Source of the DNA: Macrostomum lignano
Lineage: Eukaryota
Length of the DNA stretch: 64,000 nucleotides
Assembly: GCA_002269645.1 (NCBI GenBank)
Contig: NIVC01003837.1
Location: 10,493-74,492, forward strand
Direction: 5' to 3'
Below are positions 28,757 through 42,263 of the stretch, piece by piece (the first letter of the stretch is position 1; each line of letters opens with the position of its first letter). The position numbers and the translations under genes were made by a program. A model generated the notes under the pieces. The model ran no database searches. It saw nothing but the letters and a program-made list of their open reading frames with translations, and was not told the origin of the DNA.

Positions 28757-29481
28757 ATGAAATATTCGTTAAGCAACTTCCAAGCGTTTCAAGCGCTTTT
28801 CGGCACTGTAATTCAGCTGGCACCTGCAGTGCGGGCTCTGGCGTGTCCGGATCCGTTCAGCCCCGAGGCAGGCAGGTGCGTGTTCGTGAGCACTGCTCAA
28901 GATTTCACCTGGTGCGAAGCCAACCAGCGGTGCGCTGCAATCCAGGGCGAGCTGCTCAACTCGTACAGCTCGCTGCAGCTGCTGGCTCAAGGCAGCTTTC
29001 CCAGCCTCCGCTGCAGCTGCTGGCTCAAAGGCAGCTTTCCCAGCCTCCGCTGCAGCTGCTGGCTCAAAGGCAGCTTTCCCAGCCTCCGCTGCAGCTGCTG
29101 GCTCAAAGCAACTTTCCCAGCCTCCGCTGCAGCTGTTCCCTGTGGCTTGGAGTCAGCGACTTGGCCGATGAACGGAACACAAGCAAATCAGGCTGGGTGA
29201 AGATCAACGGCAATGGAATTTTGCCCCTCGATAATGCTTTGTGGGCTTCAAATATGCCATCTAACAATGGGAATCAGGACTGCTTAGTGCAGTCTGAAGG
29301 AGAGGCGCTACTCAAGGATTTAAAGTGTTCAACCCGTCGTGGCTACGCATGCGAGTTTGTTGCCAAAGATGAACTTCAGACTGGGCCGACTGGCTCCGCT
29401 GCGTCTGTGCCTTCGGGATCTGCCCTCATGAGTGTGAATCGGTCAATTTTTGTGCACAAGCCCCAAACTACAACTATGTGA
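28757..29481 (+). CDS. C-type lectin gene copy 2 (1-nt frameshift at ~29109; PAN-like domain missing)
   Basis: Near-identical to copy 1 up to 29398. The signal peptide is in frame with the CTLD start, but a G is missing at tggctcaaagcaac (copy 1 aaaggcaac). The sequence diverges after GPTGS, so the C-terminal domain is absent. May be a pseudogene. Confidence 0.6.
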
Positions 29482-30937
29482 GTAGTGAACTCGCGTGGGA
29501 ATCGAACTAAGGAGTCATGGCGCGAGAGTCAGACATCACCCCTTCTGCCGTGTCACAGTCACATCTGCCCTGGAACTGGTTTAATTGAAGAGTGACTTGA
29601 GCAAGCATATTCATTTGCGTACGTACGAAATGAATATTACTAACTCGTACTAACCACGGCCAACGTTGCTTAACTTTTATCCTATAAACTGTAAAAAAGT
29701 TGCAAAATTCATACAATTTTTTTAGCTAATCGAGTTTCCGGTATGGAAACAATGCATGTAGATGCATTCTATTCACCATTCACGGAAAACTGCATTTCCC
29801 CTGAAAAAAGTCTTTCATCGATCCAAGCAGCCTACCGGACGCTGACATCCGCACGCTAGATTTCTTTGTCTCTGCAATCGATTCTTGAACAATCAGCAGC
29901 ATCTCTCCTTCTTCGCATTTGTTGCAGTCCGGAAAGCCTACCAGGATCCCATGCAGCACACGTCCTCATTCCTCATCCTATGAAAATAGTTGCTACGAGT
30001 ATACTTCACGGCTTCTACATGCCGATTTCGGTAAATTTGTCAGCAATTGTCGCCTCATTTTTACTTTTTTTGTTGGCTGAGTCTTACTTGACTGACTTAC
30101 CTGACTCAGCTGCAGGGGGCTCCGTGCATCCGGATGCAGCGAGAGGAGGCGTTGCCGCCCATTCTGCCAACCCCTGGCGACCACGGGCAGCTGGCGATGC
30201 GGTGTCGCGCAGGGAGATCCGGTGCTGCCGGTGTCCGCAGCTCGGTCCCCCTCCAGAGAGTCCAGGAGGTGGCTTGTCGCTAGCCCGGTAGCCCTTAGTC
30301 AATTGAGTCAAGTTTTGTTAAACTGTATCGACTTGATTACTTTTCCCTCTTTGAGTTGATATGAGCCGGGTCTTGCCATATTAATACGATAAAAATGCGC
30401 ATTTTAACTTTCTTAAATTGTGTCCATGCAGAGGAATGCCTTCATAAAAATCTTGAATAAACTACATGTAGGTTTTTAAAGCCTAGCTATTTGCATACCA
30501 ACATAATGTAGCTTTTCAATCAGAAACTGGGATTTGGGATTTTGAATTTCGGATATGGGGTTTGGATTTCGGATTTGGAATTTGAGATTTAAGATTTTCA
30601 AACAGAGACTGGGATTCGGGATTTGCGATTATTTTATTATTTTTTATTAGAGGCAGGGGGGTTGTGTGCACACTGGCGCACTTAAAGCGACATAGGCACA
30701 CAACCGGCGAGAGGCATTACTGCCCATTCCGCCGACTCCCCTGAGCAGGCACACAAGCGCGCGGATACGTACGCAGGCACACACTCACACAGGAGTGTAC
30801 AGCGGCCCTAACTTTATTTTATCGTTAGGCATGTACACTTCACTGCGCCTTGGGGGGTTGGCTCTCAAGGCCGTTAATTCCACGAGGAGAGCCAAGCCGA
30901 GATTCCAATTCAGCCCCAAATTGATGTGATTGCACTT

Positions 30938-30996
30938 GGAATTGAGCCTGGGTCGCTGGCACACCAGAGCAGCTGCGCTACCGCTGGGCTACGGCC
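30938..30996 (-). mobile_element. tRNA-derived SINE head
   Basis: Minus strand GGCCGTAGCCCAGCGGTAGCGCAGC..GACCCAGGCTCAATTCC has A-box and B-box-like motifs but no complete cloverleaf or acceptor stem. Similar B-box remnants at ~21093, ~21590 and ~29498. Confidence 0.5.
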
Positions 30997-31149
30997 CCCC
31001 TCCCTACCTTGTGCTTCGTGTTAATCAATAATTTTTCTTCAGGGAGCCAAAAAAGCGCCTTCGGCGCCAGAATGAGTGCCTGCGGCGCTAAAATGAGTGC
31101 CTGCGGCGCCAGAATGAGCGCTGACAACACGATTCTCAAACTAAAGTAA

Positions 31150-31325
31150 AGCCATCAGCTGCATAGCGGAGTCCTTGGAAACTGAGGATCCTGATGAGAG
31201 TCTGGAACGACTCTGAGCACTGGGCCGAGTACTCCAGCTTCTCCGTGGGTCCTGAGTCCGACAACTACCGGCTGAGCGTGTCCGGCCTCTCCGGCAGCGC
31301 CGGCATCGGCGACAGCCTCGCGACT
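31150..31325 (+). pseudogene. Fibrinogen-related domain (FReD) fragment
   Basis: WKLRILMRVWNDSEHWAEYSSFSVGPESDNYRLSVSGLSGSAGIGDSL matches the FBG core (LR......A.Y..F.VG.E...Y.L.V..YSG.AGDSL). A preceding HQL is in another frame, and no flanking FReD exons were found. Confidence 0.7.
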
Positions 31326-31505
31326 CGCGTCGCTGCTGGCCCGCACCGCGCATTTAGACTCGCTTTGGGCTGGCGGAGAACTCGTGGCCTCGTGGTCGGA
31401 GAGGCTCTCGCGGCCCGACTGCCACAGCTGCCCGTGGGCGGTGGCGGCTTCGGTCGCGTGATGCAGCACTGCAGCCAGCAGCAGAGTGAATTGACCTGAC
31501 CTTTA

Positions 31506-32890
<1,385 letters not shown>

Positions 32891-32947
32891 GTAAGTCTCG
32901 ATATTTTTTAATAGCATCCAGCAATCTGCGCCCTCGTTGGGGCGCCC

Positions 32948-33260
32948 GTCTCCTAGGTAGGCACCCCTGTCTCCTAGGTAGGCACCCCTGTCTCCTAGGT
33001 AGGCACCCCTGTCTCCTAGGTAGGCACCCCTGTCTCCTAGGTAGGCACCCCTGTCTCCTAGGTAGGCACCCCTGTCTCCTAGGTAGGCACCCCTGTCTCC
33101 TAGGTAGGCGACCCTGTCTCCTAGGTAGGCGACCCTGTCTCCTAGGTAGGAGACCCTGTCTGCTAGGTAGGAGACCCTGTCTGCTAGGTAGGCGACCCTG
33201 TCTGCTAGGTAGGCGACCCTGTCTCCTAGGTAGGATACCCTGTCTGCTAGGTAGGAGACC
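32948..33260. repeat. 21-bp minisatellite (cctaggtaggcacccctgtct)n
   Basis: About 15 units. Confidence 0.95.
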
Positions 33261-34078
33261 CTATCTATACTATCCGTGGCCTTTTTGCTTAGTCATTTCG
33301 CGATAGCAGCGTAGCATGATACGTCGTAGCTTTAGCACCAAGCAGACAAGAGCAAACAGCTGCTAACTTCTCTGCGTTCTCTGAATCTTTTATTTCTTGC
33401 TTGAAATTCAATTGAGTTATACTTATACAAAAATGCCGACGATCAGTCTTGCGTTCCTGGCTGCGCCAGCAACTACATAAGCGGTGAAAGGTGCACCGTG
33501 TGTATACTTTTCCGGAAGTCGAAGTCGTAGTCGAAAAATTAAATTCGCACTGCTTCAACATTTATTTTTGCGGCATGAACTGGCAAGCAATACTATTATG
33601 CTTAATTTAATTATTAAGGCAAATAAGGCGAATTATAAGGCGAATTTAATTTTTTGACTACGACTTTCGACGTCGGCCCGACGTCCGACCAATAGGAAAC
33701 ACGTAATGTTACATAGACGTCGTACGACGTCGGTCAGAGGTCGGTGCGACGTCGGCCGACGTCGGATTGTTGTACGGGATTAAACTTTAATTTCTATTAA
33801 TTTATTATACACATCGCTTCACAAGCAAAAAGGCCACTAAAACGATAGACATATACATTCAAAGCGGCCTTTTTAGAATTCTGCCAATATTTGCAAGTGC
33901 AACATCCTGTGTTGCTTATAGTATAGTATTCCATGGAAATTTACTGGAGGGGAAAGCTACAGAGAGCAATCAAAAGTAATAGGGAAAACACGTTGCAGAA
34001 AACCTATTATTATCCTGTTAGTCCGTTAGTCCGACGTTCCGAATGAATAGACCATTCGTGGTGGCCGATTAACGCTTT

Positions 34079-34440
34079 GGGGGGGGGGTTCACAAACTCG
34101 AAATTTCACGTCGAAAGCACCTCTTTCACAAGGTCGAAAACTCAAATAGCAGCCACTTTCACAAGGTCGAAACTTCACAAGGTCGAAATTTTACAGCATC
34201 GAAAACTTTAGCAAGGCACTTCATAAGGTCGAATTTCACAAGGTCTAAATTTCACAACGTAAAAACAACTGCATGGTTCTTGTTATACTAAGTTTTCGAT
34301 TGACGTTGTGAAATTTCGACCTTATGAAGCCCCTTGCTAAAGTTTTCGATGTTGTGAAATTTCGACCTTGTGAAGTTTCGATCCTGTGAAATAATTTACT
34401 TCTCGACGTTGTGAAATTTCAACCTTATGAAAGCACCCCT
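34079..34440. mobile_element. MITE with internally repeated gaaatttc(g)acc TIRs
   Basis: Left and right thirds are inverted repeats built from ttcacaaggtcgaaatttcac units; same family as 41421-41646. Confidence 0.7.
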
Positions 34441-34457
34441 TCACGCTGGCCAGATTT

Positions 34458-37400
34458 GGGTGTGTATAAAAGCTGGCACTGGCACATTGGACACATTGGA
34501 CACCCCTTTTTATAACAAAATTAGATATGAAAATGCAGAATAAACTTGCGGAGATACTTTTAAATAATTTAAAAAATTGATAATAATAGAAATGACATCC
34601 TTGCTTTCGTGATAGATGATTTGTTAAATATTCTTTGTATTATCGTTTTTTGTACATGTTTAATTTGGCATTCGATTTTTTAAAATAATCGCACATGCAA
34701 AAACTGCAGCTTGCAATGCTATTACACTGTGATTTTACTACCCGAAGGTTCTGTACTACAGGCGTACCGATTTAATGCTAAATATGTCTGATATATGAAA
34801 TGATCAAACTAATAGTCAGAACTCAATTTTCCATAAAATGATGAAGCATTCTGCTCTTATAAAAAAACCACAACTTATTTTGTTAGGATTACTTCATGAA
34901 GAACGAACTTTGGATATTCCAAATTGCAAGTATTTCTATATTAAAAAAGTTAATACATTGGCAGATTATTTGATGAAAAAATTGCACCCAAAAAGTTTTT
35001 TTTACTTTGTAAGATGATGATTAAATTAATAATTTCCAAGCTTCTTCTTTTATTAGTTCAATTACTTTTTGTATGATTTCAACCAACAAAAAAAGGAATA
35101 GCTACTCAGTGAAAGTTCAAATTACAGTCTCTTCTTTATATACAATCCTTTTAAGAAAACATTATTATGAATAATTTGCCAAGTCATGATATTTAAGAAA
35201 TTGTGCTAATCATTTAAATTATGAGTTAAAAAATGCAAGCATATAAGTAAAAAATCTACCTCACAGACCAAGAAGTCTTTTTACTAAAAGTTTATATGTG
35301 ACGCTTTGAAAAAAAAACATATAAACCATCTTCACATAACATTTATTGTCATTTATTTCAGACCTAAATCCTTTAGCACATAAATATTCTGCACATATGT
35401 TGCAGGGTATACTTCCTTCTTCTAAAATCCTACAAATGCCACAAAGTTTTAATAGGCAAATTTATTCGTATTGTTTATATTAATATTTCTATATTTATGA
35501 GAAGTTTTCCAATAAGAACAAGTTCCCAATCAGTAAAACACTATATTTTAATTCTAATGTCCAAAATTATGGCATTCTAAGGGACCAAGTGATAGGTTTT
35601 AAGCTACTATTAGCACCTGCATGATTTATTTATTTAATACCTACACATTCCTTAATGTCTATAGTTCGCCTAATTGCCTAATTGCTAACCCTAATTCTAG
35701 CCTTCTTGGCTTACAAGTTTGAGTCTTCACAGCATATTATTCAATTCAAGCCCTACTAATTTTATTAGCCTCTCTTAATTTTATAAAATAATAATTTTCT
35801 TTAGTGTAACTGCTCCAAAAATTTCAACTTTAATTTAAGTGGTGTGCCGAAACACCACTTGCACCATTACAGCCGTCTATAATTTTTTGTGCTAATTGGT
35901 TGACCACTTTCAATAATTTTCTTGGGTCAAGAGTGTGATATATGCATATTGCAGCATGAATTTTTTAAAGAATCCCTAATTTTATACAAGGAATCATATA
36001 TATTTATAGAAAGTTAGCTCTTAGAGTAGAGATAAAGTACATAAGACTATTAATAGCAACTTTTCATACAATTGCTTATGGTAATGATTTCTATTGTTAT
36101 AAAGTTACAAATAAATAAAAAGTTACATTGCATTTAAACTGTACTTTATGAGTTGTAAGCCTTTCAACTCAGAGTTCACTTCAATTGCTTTAATATACAT
36201 TGCTAGATGTTATTTAGCATTTCTTTGTTATTTATCATTTAACTCATTGCATTGTTTAATTGCTAATTTCATTTGCTCAGCTGCAATATTTATTACTTTT
36301 TTATTAATGCCAATGTTTGTAATACTTTTTCTCCCCATTTTTAGTGTTTGTGGTATTCTTTTGTCAAATTTTAATTTTCCGCTGTATCTATCTTTACAAA
36401 AAATTGTACCTGTAAACTTATGGTTTTTTGCTTACAATGGTGCTGTACTAAATTATATTTATTTCCTTGTTAGATTCTCTAAATTGAAAAAGTAATGCAC
36501 TGCTTTATTATCATGCATATTGAATATTAAGGATAGTTAGTATTCCTTCCTTGAAAAAGATTCTAGAGTTGGATTCTATTTGATAAGAGAATAAATAATT
36601 TATTGAGTTTAAATGTTTTTAAAACATTAATTAATTGCATTTTGATGGAAATCACAACTTAAAAAAATTATTCGTTTTTTTTATTTAAGACACGGGGGAT
36701 TTTAAAAATCCATATTAACAGCAAATCAAACATTATGGGAGAGAGAGAGAGAGAAGTATTAGATTCACTTTCACCATTGCTGTTGATTTATGGAAAGGCA
36801 GTAAACAAGCCAGAGCAGCTGCAAATAGTCAAATATGCCATGTCCGGCAATAAAATTCTGCAACTAGTCTGCTGCTCACTTTTTCCAACGTTTATTGAGG
36901 ACAAGAAACGGCATTTAATGTTTCTATGTTTTCTGTAAGTGCACCAACTAGGTAAATGAAAATGACGTACCGAAAGTAGTTCGACAATAAAGCAAGATAA
37001 GAAATGAATTTAAATGTAGAATAAAACTTGTTGATACTACCAATCTCATGGTTGTTAGAAGTATATGAAAAAGTGCAATTATAAATAAATATTTACATTT
37101 TTATTCGAAAGCCAAAGTATATTTATTCAAGCAAAACAACGATCAAAACTCGATTTTTGTTAACATAAGGGGTGTCCAATGTGCCAATGGTGCCCTGCTT
37201 TTATACAGACCCTCTGGCTTATACAAACCTTTTATACAAACCTCTGGCGGGTCTGTATAAAAGCAGGGCACCATTGGCACATTGGACACCCCTTATGTTA
37301 ACAAAAATCGAGTTTTGATCGTTGTTTTGCTTGAATAAATATACTTTGGCTTTCGAATAAAAATGTAAATATTTATTTATAATTGCACTTTTTCATATAC

Positions 37401-40005
37401 TTCTAACAACCATGAGATTGGTAGTATCAACAAGTTTTATTCTACATTTAAATTCATTTCTTATCTTGCTTTATTGTCGAACTACTTTCGGTACGTCATT
37501 TTCATTTACCTAGTTGGTGCACTTACAGAAAACATAGAAACATTAAATGCCGTTTCTTGTCCTCAATAAACGTTGGAAAAAGTGAGCAGCAGACTAGTTG
37601 CAGAATTTTATTGCCGGACATGGCATATTTGACTATTTGCAGCTGCTCTGGCTTGTTTACTGCCTTTCCATAAATCAACAGCAATGGTGAAAGTGAATCT
37701 AATACTTCTCTCTCTCTCTCTCCCATAATGTTTGATTTGCTGTTAATATGGATTTTTAAAATCCCCCGTGTCTTAAATAAAAAAAACGAATAATTTTTTT
37801 AAGTTGTGATTTCCATCAAAATGCAATTAATTAATGTTTTAAAAACATTTAAACTCAATAAATTATTTATTCTCTTATCAAATAGAATCCAACTCTAGAA
37901 TCTTTTTCAAGGAAGGAATACTAACTATCCTTAATATTCAATATGCATGATAATAAAGCAGTGCATTACTTTTTCAATTTAGAGAATCTAACAAGGAAAT
38001 AAATATAATTTAGTACAGCACCATTGTAAGCAAAAAAACCATAAGTTTACAGGTACAATTTTTTGTAAAGATAGATACAGCGGAAAATTAAAATTTGACA
38101 AAAGAATACCACAAACACTAAAAATGGGGAGAAAAAGTATTACAAACATTGGCATTAATAAAAAAGTAATAAATATTGCAGCTGAGCAAATGAAATTAGC
38201 AATTAAACAATGCAATGAGTTAAATGATAAATAACAAAGAAATGCTAAATAACATCTAGCAATGTATATTAAAGCAATTGAAGTGAACTCTGAGTTGAAA
38301 GGCTTACAACTCATAAAGTACAGTTTAAATGCAATGTAACTTTTTATTTATTTGTAACTTTATAACAATAGAAATCATTACCATAAGCAATTGTATGAAA
38401 AGTTGCTATTAATAGTCTTATGTACTTTATCTCTACTCTAAGAGCTAACTTTCTATAAATATATATGATTCCTTGTATAAAACTAGGGATTCTTTAAAAA
38501 ATTCATGCTGCAATATGCATATATCACACTCTTGACCCAAGAAAATTATTGAAAGTGGTCAACCAATTAGCACAAAAAATTATAGACGGCTGTAATGGTG
38601 CAAGTGGTGTTTCGGCACACCACTTAAATTAAAGTTGAAATTTTTGGAGCAGTTACACTAAAGAAAATTATTATTTTATAAAATTAAGAGAGGCTAATAA
38701 AATTAGTAGGGCTTGAATTGAATAATATGCTGTGAAGACTCAAACTTGTAAGCCAAGAAGGCTAGAATTAGGGTTAGCAATTAGGCAATTAGGCGAACTA
38801 TAGACATTAAGGAATGTGTAGGTATTAAATAAATAAATCATGCAGGTGCTAATAGTAGCTTAAAACCTATCACTTGGTCCCTTAGAATGCCATAATTTTG
38901 GACATTAGAATTAAAATATAGTGTTTTACTGATTGGGAACTTGTTCTTATTGGAAAACTTCTCATAAATATAGAAATATTAATATAAACAATACAAATAA
39001 ATTTGCCTATTAAAACTTTGTGGCATTTGTAGGATTTTAGAAGAAGGAAGTATACCCTGCAACATATGTGCAGAATATTTATGTGCTAAAGGATTTAGGT
39101 CTGAAATAAATGACAATAAATGTTATGTGAAGATGGTTTATATGTTGTTTTTTCAAAGCGTCACATATAAACTTTCAGTAAAAAGACTTCTTGGTCTGTG
39201 AGGTAGATTTTTTACTTATATGCTTGCATTTTTTAACTCATAATTTAAATGATTAGCACAATTTCTTAAATATCATGACTTGGCAAATTATTCATAATAA
39301 TGTTTTCTTAAAAGGATTGTATATAAAGAAGAGACTGTAATTTGAACTTTCACTGAGTAGCTATTCCTTTTTTTGTTGGTTGAAATCATACAAAAAGTAA
39401 TTGAACTAATAAAAGAAGAAGCTTGGAAATTATTAATTTAATCATCATCTTACAAAGTAAAAAAAACTTTTTGGGTGCAATTTTTTCATCAAATAATCTG
39501 CCAATGTATTAACTTTTTTAATATAGAAATACTTGCAATTTGGAATATCCAAAGTTCGTTCTTCATGAAGTAATCCTAACAAAATAAGTTGTGGTTTTTT
39601 TATAAGAGCAGAATGCTTCATCATTTTATGGAAAATTGAGTTCTGACTATTAGTTTGATCATTTCATATATCAGACATATTTAGCATTAAATCGGTACGC
39701 CTGTAGTACAGAACCTTCGGGGTAGTAAAATCACAGTGTAATAGCATTGCAAGCTGCAGTTTTTGCATGTGCGATTATTTTAAAAAATCGAATGCCAAAT
39801 TAAACATGTACAAAAAACGATAATACAAAGAATATTTAACAAATCATCTATCACGAAAGCAAGGATGTCATTTCTATTATTATCAATTTTTTAAATTATT
39901 TAAAAGTATCTCCGCAAGTTTATTCTGCATTTTCATATCTAATTTTGTTATAAAAAGGGGTGTCCAATGTGTCCAATGTGCCAGTGCCAGCTTTTATACA
40001 CACCC
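34458..40005. mobile_element. 5.5-kb palindrome: two inverted copies of a ~2.76-kb TIR-bounded non-autonomous DNA element
   Basis: Arms 34458-37212 and 37249-40005 are reverse complements with only a few differences (mirror ORFs 36148-36495/37988-38314 and 36735-36938/37523-37726). 36-bp spacer. Each arm has its own TIRs (gggtgtgtataaaagc..ggcacattggacacccctt / gggtctgtataaaagc..). ccagattt occurs at 34450 and 40011. Confidence 0.93.
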
Positions 40006-40903
40006 ACCCGCCAGATTTTAGATCCAATTACTAAACGGATATTAAAACAAAGTCTTTGACAAACGGATATCTAGAGATGCAAGAAACTTAATTATTTTTA
40101 TTGGTGTATGGCATTGAGACTAACATAGCTCACTTAGCAATTCGATATAGTCAGACTTCTTTCTTTGCCACAATTTTAAAATGAGCCATCTTTCGAAGCC
40201 TGCAGGGCCTTCGCGGACCTACAACCTATAAAAATTGAGCTGTAAGCGTTGTACCTCGGATCTCTCATTAAAATAATAGGAGACTGCGGTCTACAAAGTT
40301 CGTTTATTTTTTTCTAACTTACAGGCTTTCTTTGAAGGATTCACACGTGCTCTCTTACATATAAGATTTCTCGTTCAGTGATACTGACAAGCTGATAGGC
40401 CTATAGCTCTGTTGATCTTTTGAATCTAAATAAAACGCATAGTTCAGTATACTTTATAGGATTAGTTAAGAAAGTAAGCAAAAAAATTTGGATTTTTTTA
40501 ATAACTTCACCAATGTTGTGTCCTATATAAACCAAAGACCTTAGTTTATGCCATGATTGTATTGTATGCCAAGTGCATCAAGGAGCCCTTGTGTGTGTTA
40601 TACTGTGTTATATATTTGGATTTATGGTTTTATTGTCAGTTTGGCACTTGGTACTCTTGGCTTTCCTAAAACATTCCCTGTTTTAGTGAATTTTTTTTGT
40701 TCTAATTCTTGTATATTTACAATTATAAATGTATGTAGCACCTTTTTGTGGGCTTTGGTATTTTAAAACAAGGAATATAAACAGTGAAAACAAAGATAAA
40801 AGCAAGGCAAAAGAGGCTAATTGGTAAATATAAATGCCTTCTAAATTTGCTCAAGGTAGGCTATAGGCTAAATTGATACACAATAAGGTTTATATATGAG
40901 TAC

Positions 40904-42263
40904 TAGGGATGTTGACCCCGGGGAGCTTGTCGGGGAATACTCCCCGGCATACATGCGCAACAGTCGGCCGAGTCGGCCGATCCGGCCGACCGATCTGGCA
41001 GCCAACCAAGGAAGTCGCAAAAATGCCCACCCGAAAAAATAACCAAGTAGTAGTACTAAGTAGCTGATGAGGCATTTTGGCTTAATAAGACAGTCATAGT
41101 TACTCCTGCCGTTTACCCAAAGTTGCATTAATTTTGCATTAGGGTTTTTTTACATGTAAGTCGCATTTTTGGCCAAAAACTACGTCACATTTTTGTTGAA
41201 ACTAAGTCGCATGGCCGACCAAATTTCGGAGGTTGCGCATGTATGCTCCCTGGCAAATTGGACCGGGGACCCCGGGGAGAAAAAAAAGCATTTTTAACTT
41301 AATTTTTGCCATTTAAATAAAAAAATCATTCACAGAAAGCTGATTGAAACTCTGTCTATGCTTTTTTACCGCAAAACTGCTTATTTCAATGTATTATTTC
41401 AAACACAACACGTTTGAATAGGGGGGGGGTTCATAAGACCGAAATTTCACAATGCCGAAACACCATACTTCACAAGACCGAAACTTCATAAGACCAAAAT
41501 TTCACATTGTAGAAAACTTAATACAGTAAGGATTGTATTGCATGCAGAATTTTTGGCGTTGTGAAATTTCGGTCTTATGAAGTTTCGGTCTTGTGAAGGG
41601 TAGTGCTTTTCGGCATTGTGAAATTTTGGTCTTATGAAAGCGACCCGTTTGAATGTTTTTTTTCACTATTAGTCTTTCAATCAAGCAAATTGAACGTACG
41701 AGCGTAGAAACCCGTCAGGAAAAAAAGCCTTATTAACTATTATGTTGGTCTGCGTTGACAGCTTGACGCATTTGACGCAGGCACAGCGCTGTGTCCTGCG
41801 TCAGTCACTGACGCATAGGGGGGTGTCATACAATAACAAAATACTCCCTATTAGACAGGACAAAATGGTGATTTACATGTATCTACAAGAAATTAAAATT
41901 CCGATTAAAAACAGTCTCATTCATTAATTATCCTCCCACGAGTGTAGCTGCTGAGTATGCATTTTCCGCCTCCAGAGTCTGGACCCTTTCTGATAAAGGT
42001 GCGTGCACGATTTGGTGATGCCACGTTGTCAAATACAGTTTAAACAAACATTGCTTAAAGTTTTTACCCTTGCGCCTTGAACGTGTAGTCCATCCAAAGC
42101 TTTTATCAAAGTTTAAAAAATGCCACTTAATGACTTAAGATCTAAGTTATCTGCCGTTTTTACTTTTTTTTTCTTTTCCCCGGGGTCCCCGGGGTCCCTG
42201 GGGAATGAGAGTAAATTCCCCGGGTCCCCAATAAGAAAATTCCCCGGGGAATCGACATCCCTA
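40904..42263. mobile_element. Non-autonomous hAT transposon with perfect 8-bp TSD
   Basis: TIRs tagggatgttga / tcgacatcccta; TSD atgagtac at 40896-40903 and 42264-42271; subterminal ccccgggga repeats. Confidence 0.9.
41421..41646. mobile_element. MITE nested inside the hAT element
   Basis: ~85-bp TIRs (ttcataagaccgaaatttcacaatgccgaaa.. / ..ttcggcattgtgaaattttggtcttatgaa); related to 34079-34440. Confidence 0.8.

Larger units (their letters stand above)
13947..29398 (+). other. Tandem segmental duplication of a two-gene cassette (units ~13947-19196 and ~22737-29398)
   Basis: Shared upstream block (ttaaagcat..aatacaactt..caaccccaagctagaagtaacc), shared genes, and near-identical intergenic DNA (17716-18550 vs 27919-28750). 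The units carry different inserts at 14340-15120 and 23120-24960. Confidence 0.92.

Noticed and set aside
30938-30996. Possible tRNA gene
   Set aside because: A/B boxes only; no acceptor-stem pairing, so treated as a SINE head.
36148-38314. Hydrophobic 115/108-aa and 67-aa ORFs mirrored in the palindrome
   Set aside because: AT-rich chance ORFs with no recognisable motifs; they appear twice only because of the inverted duplication.
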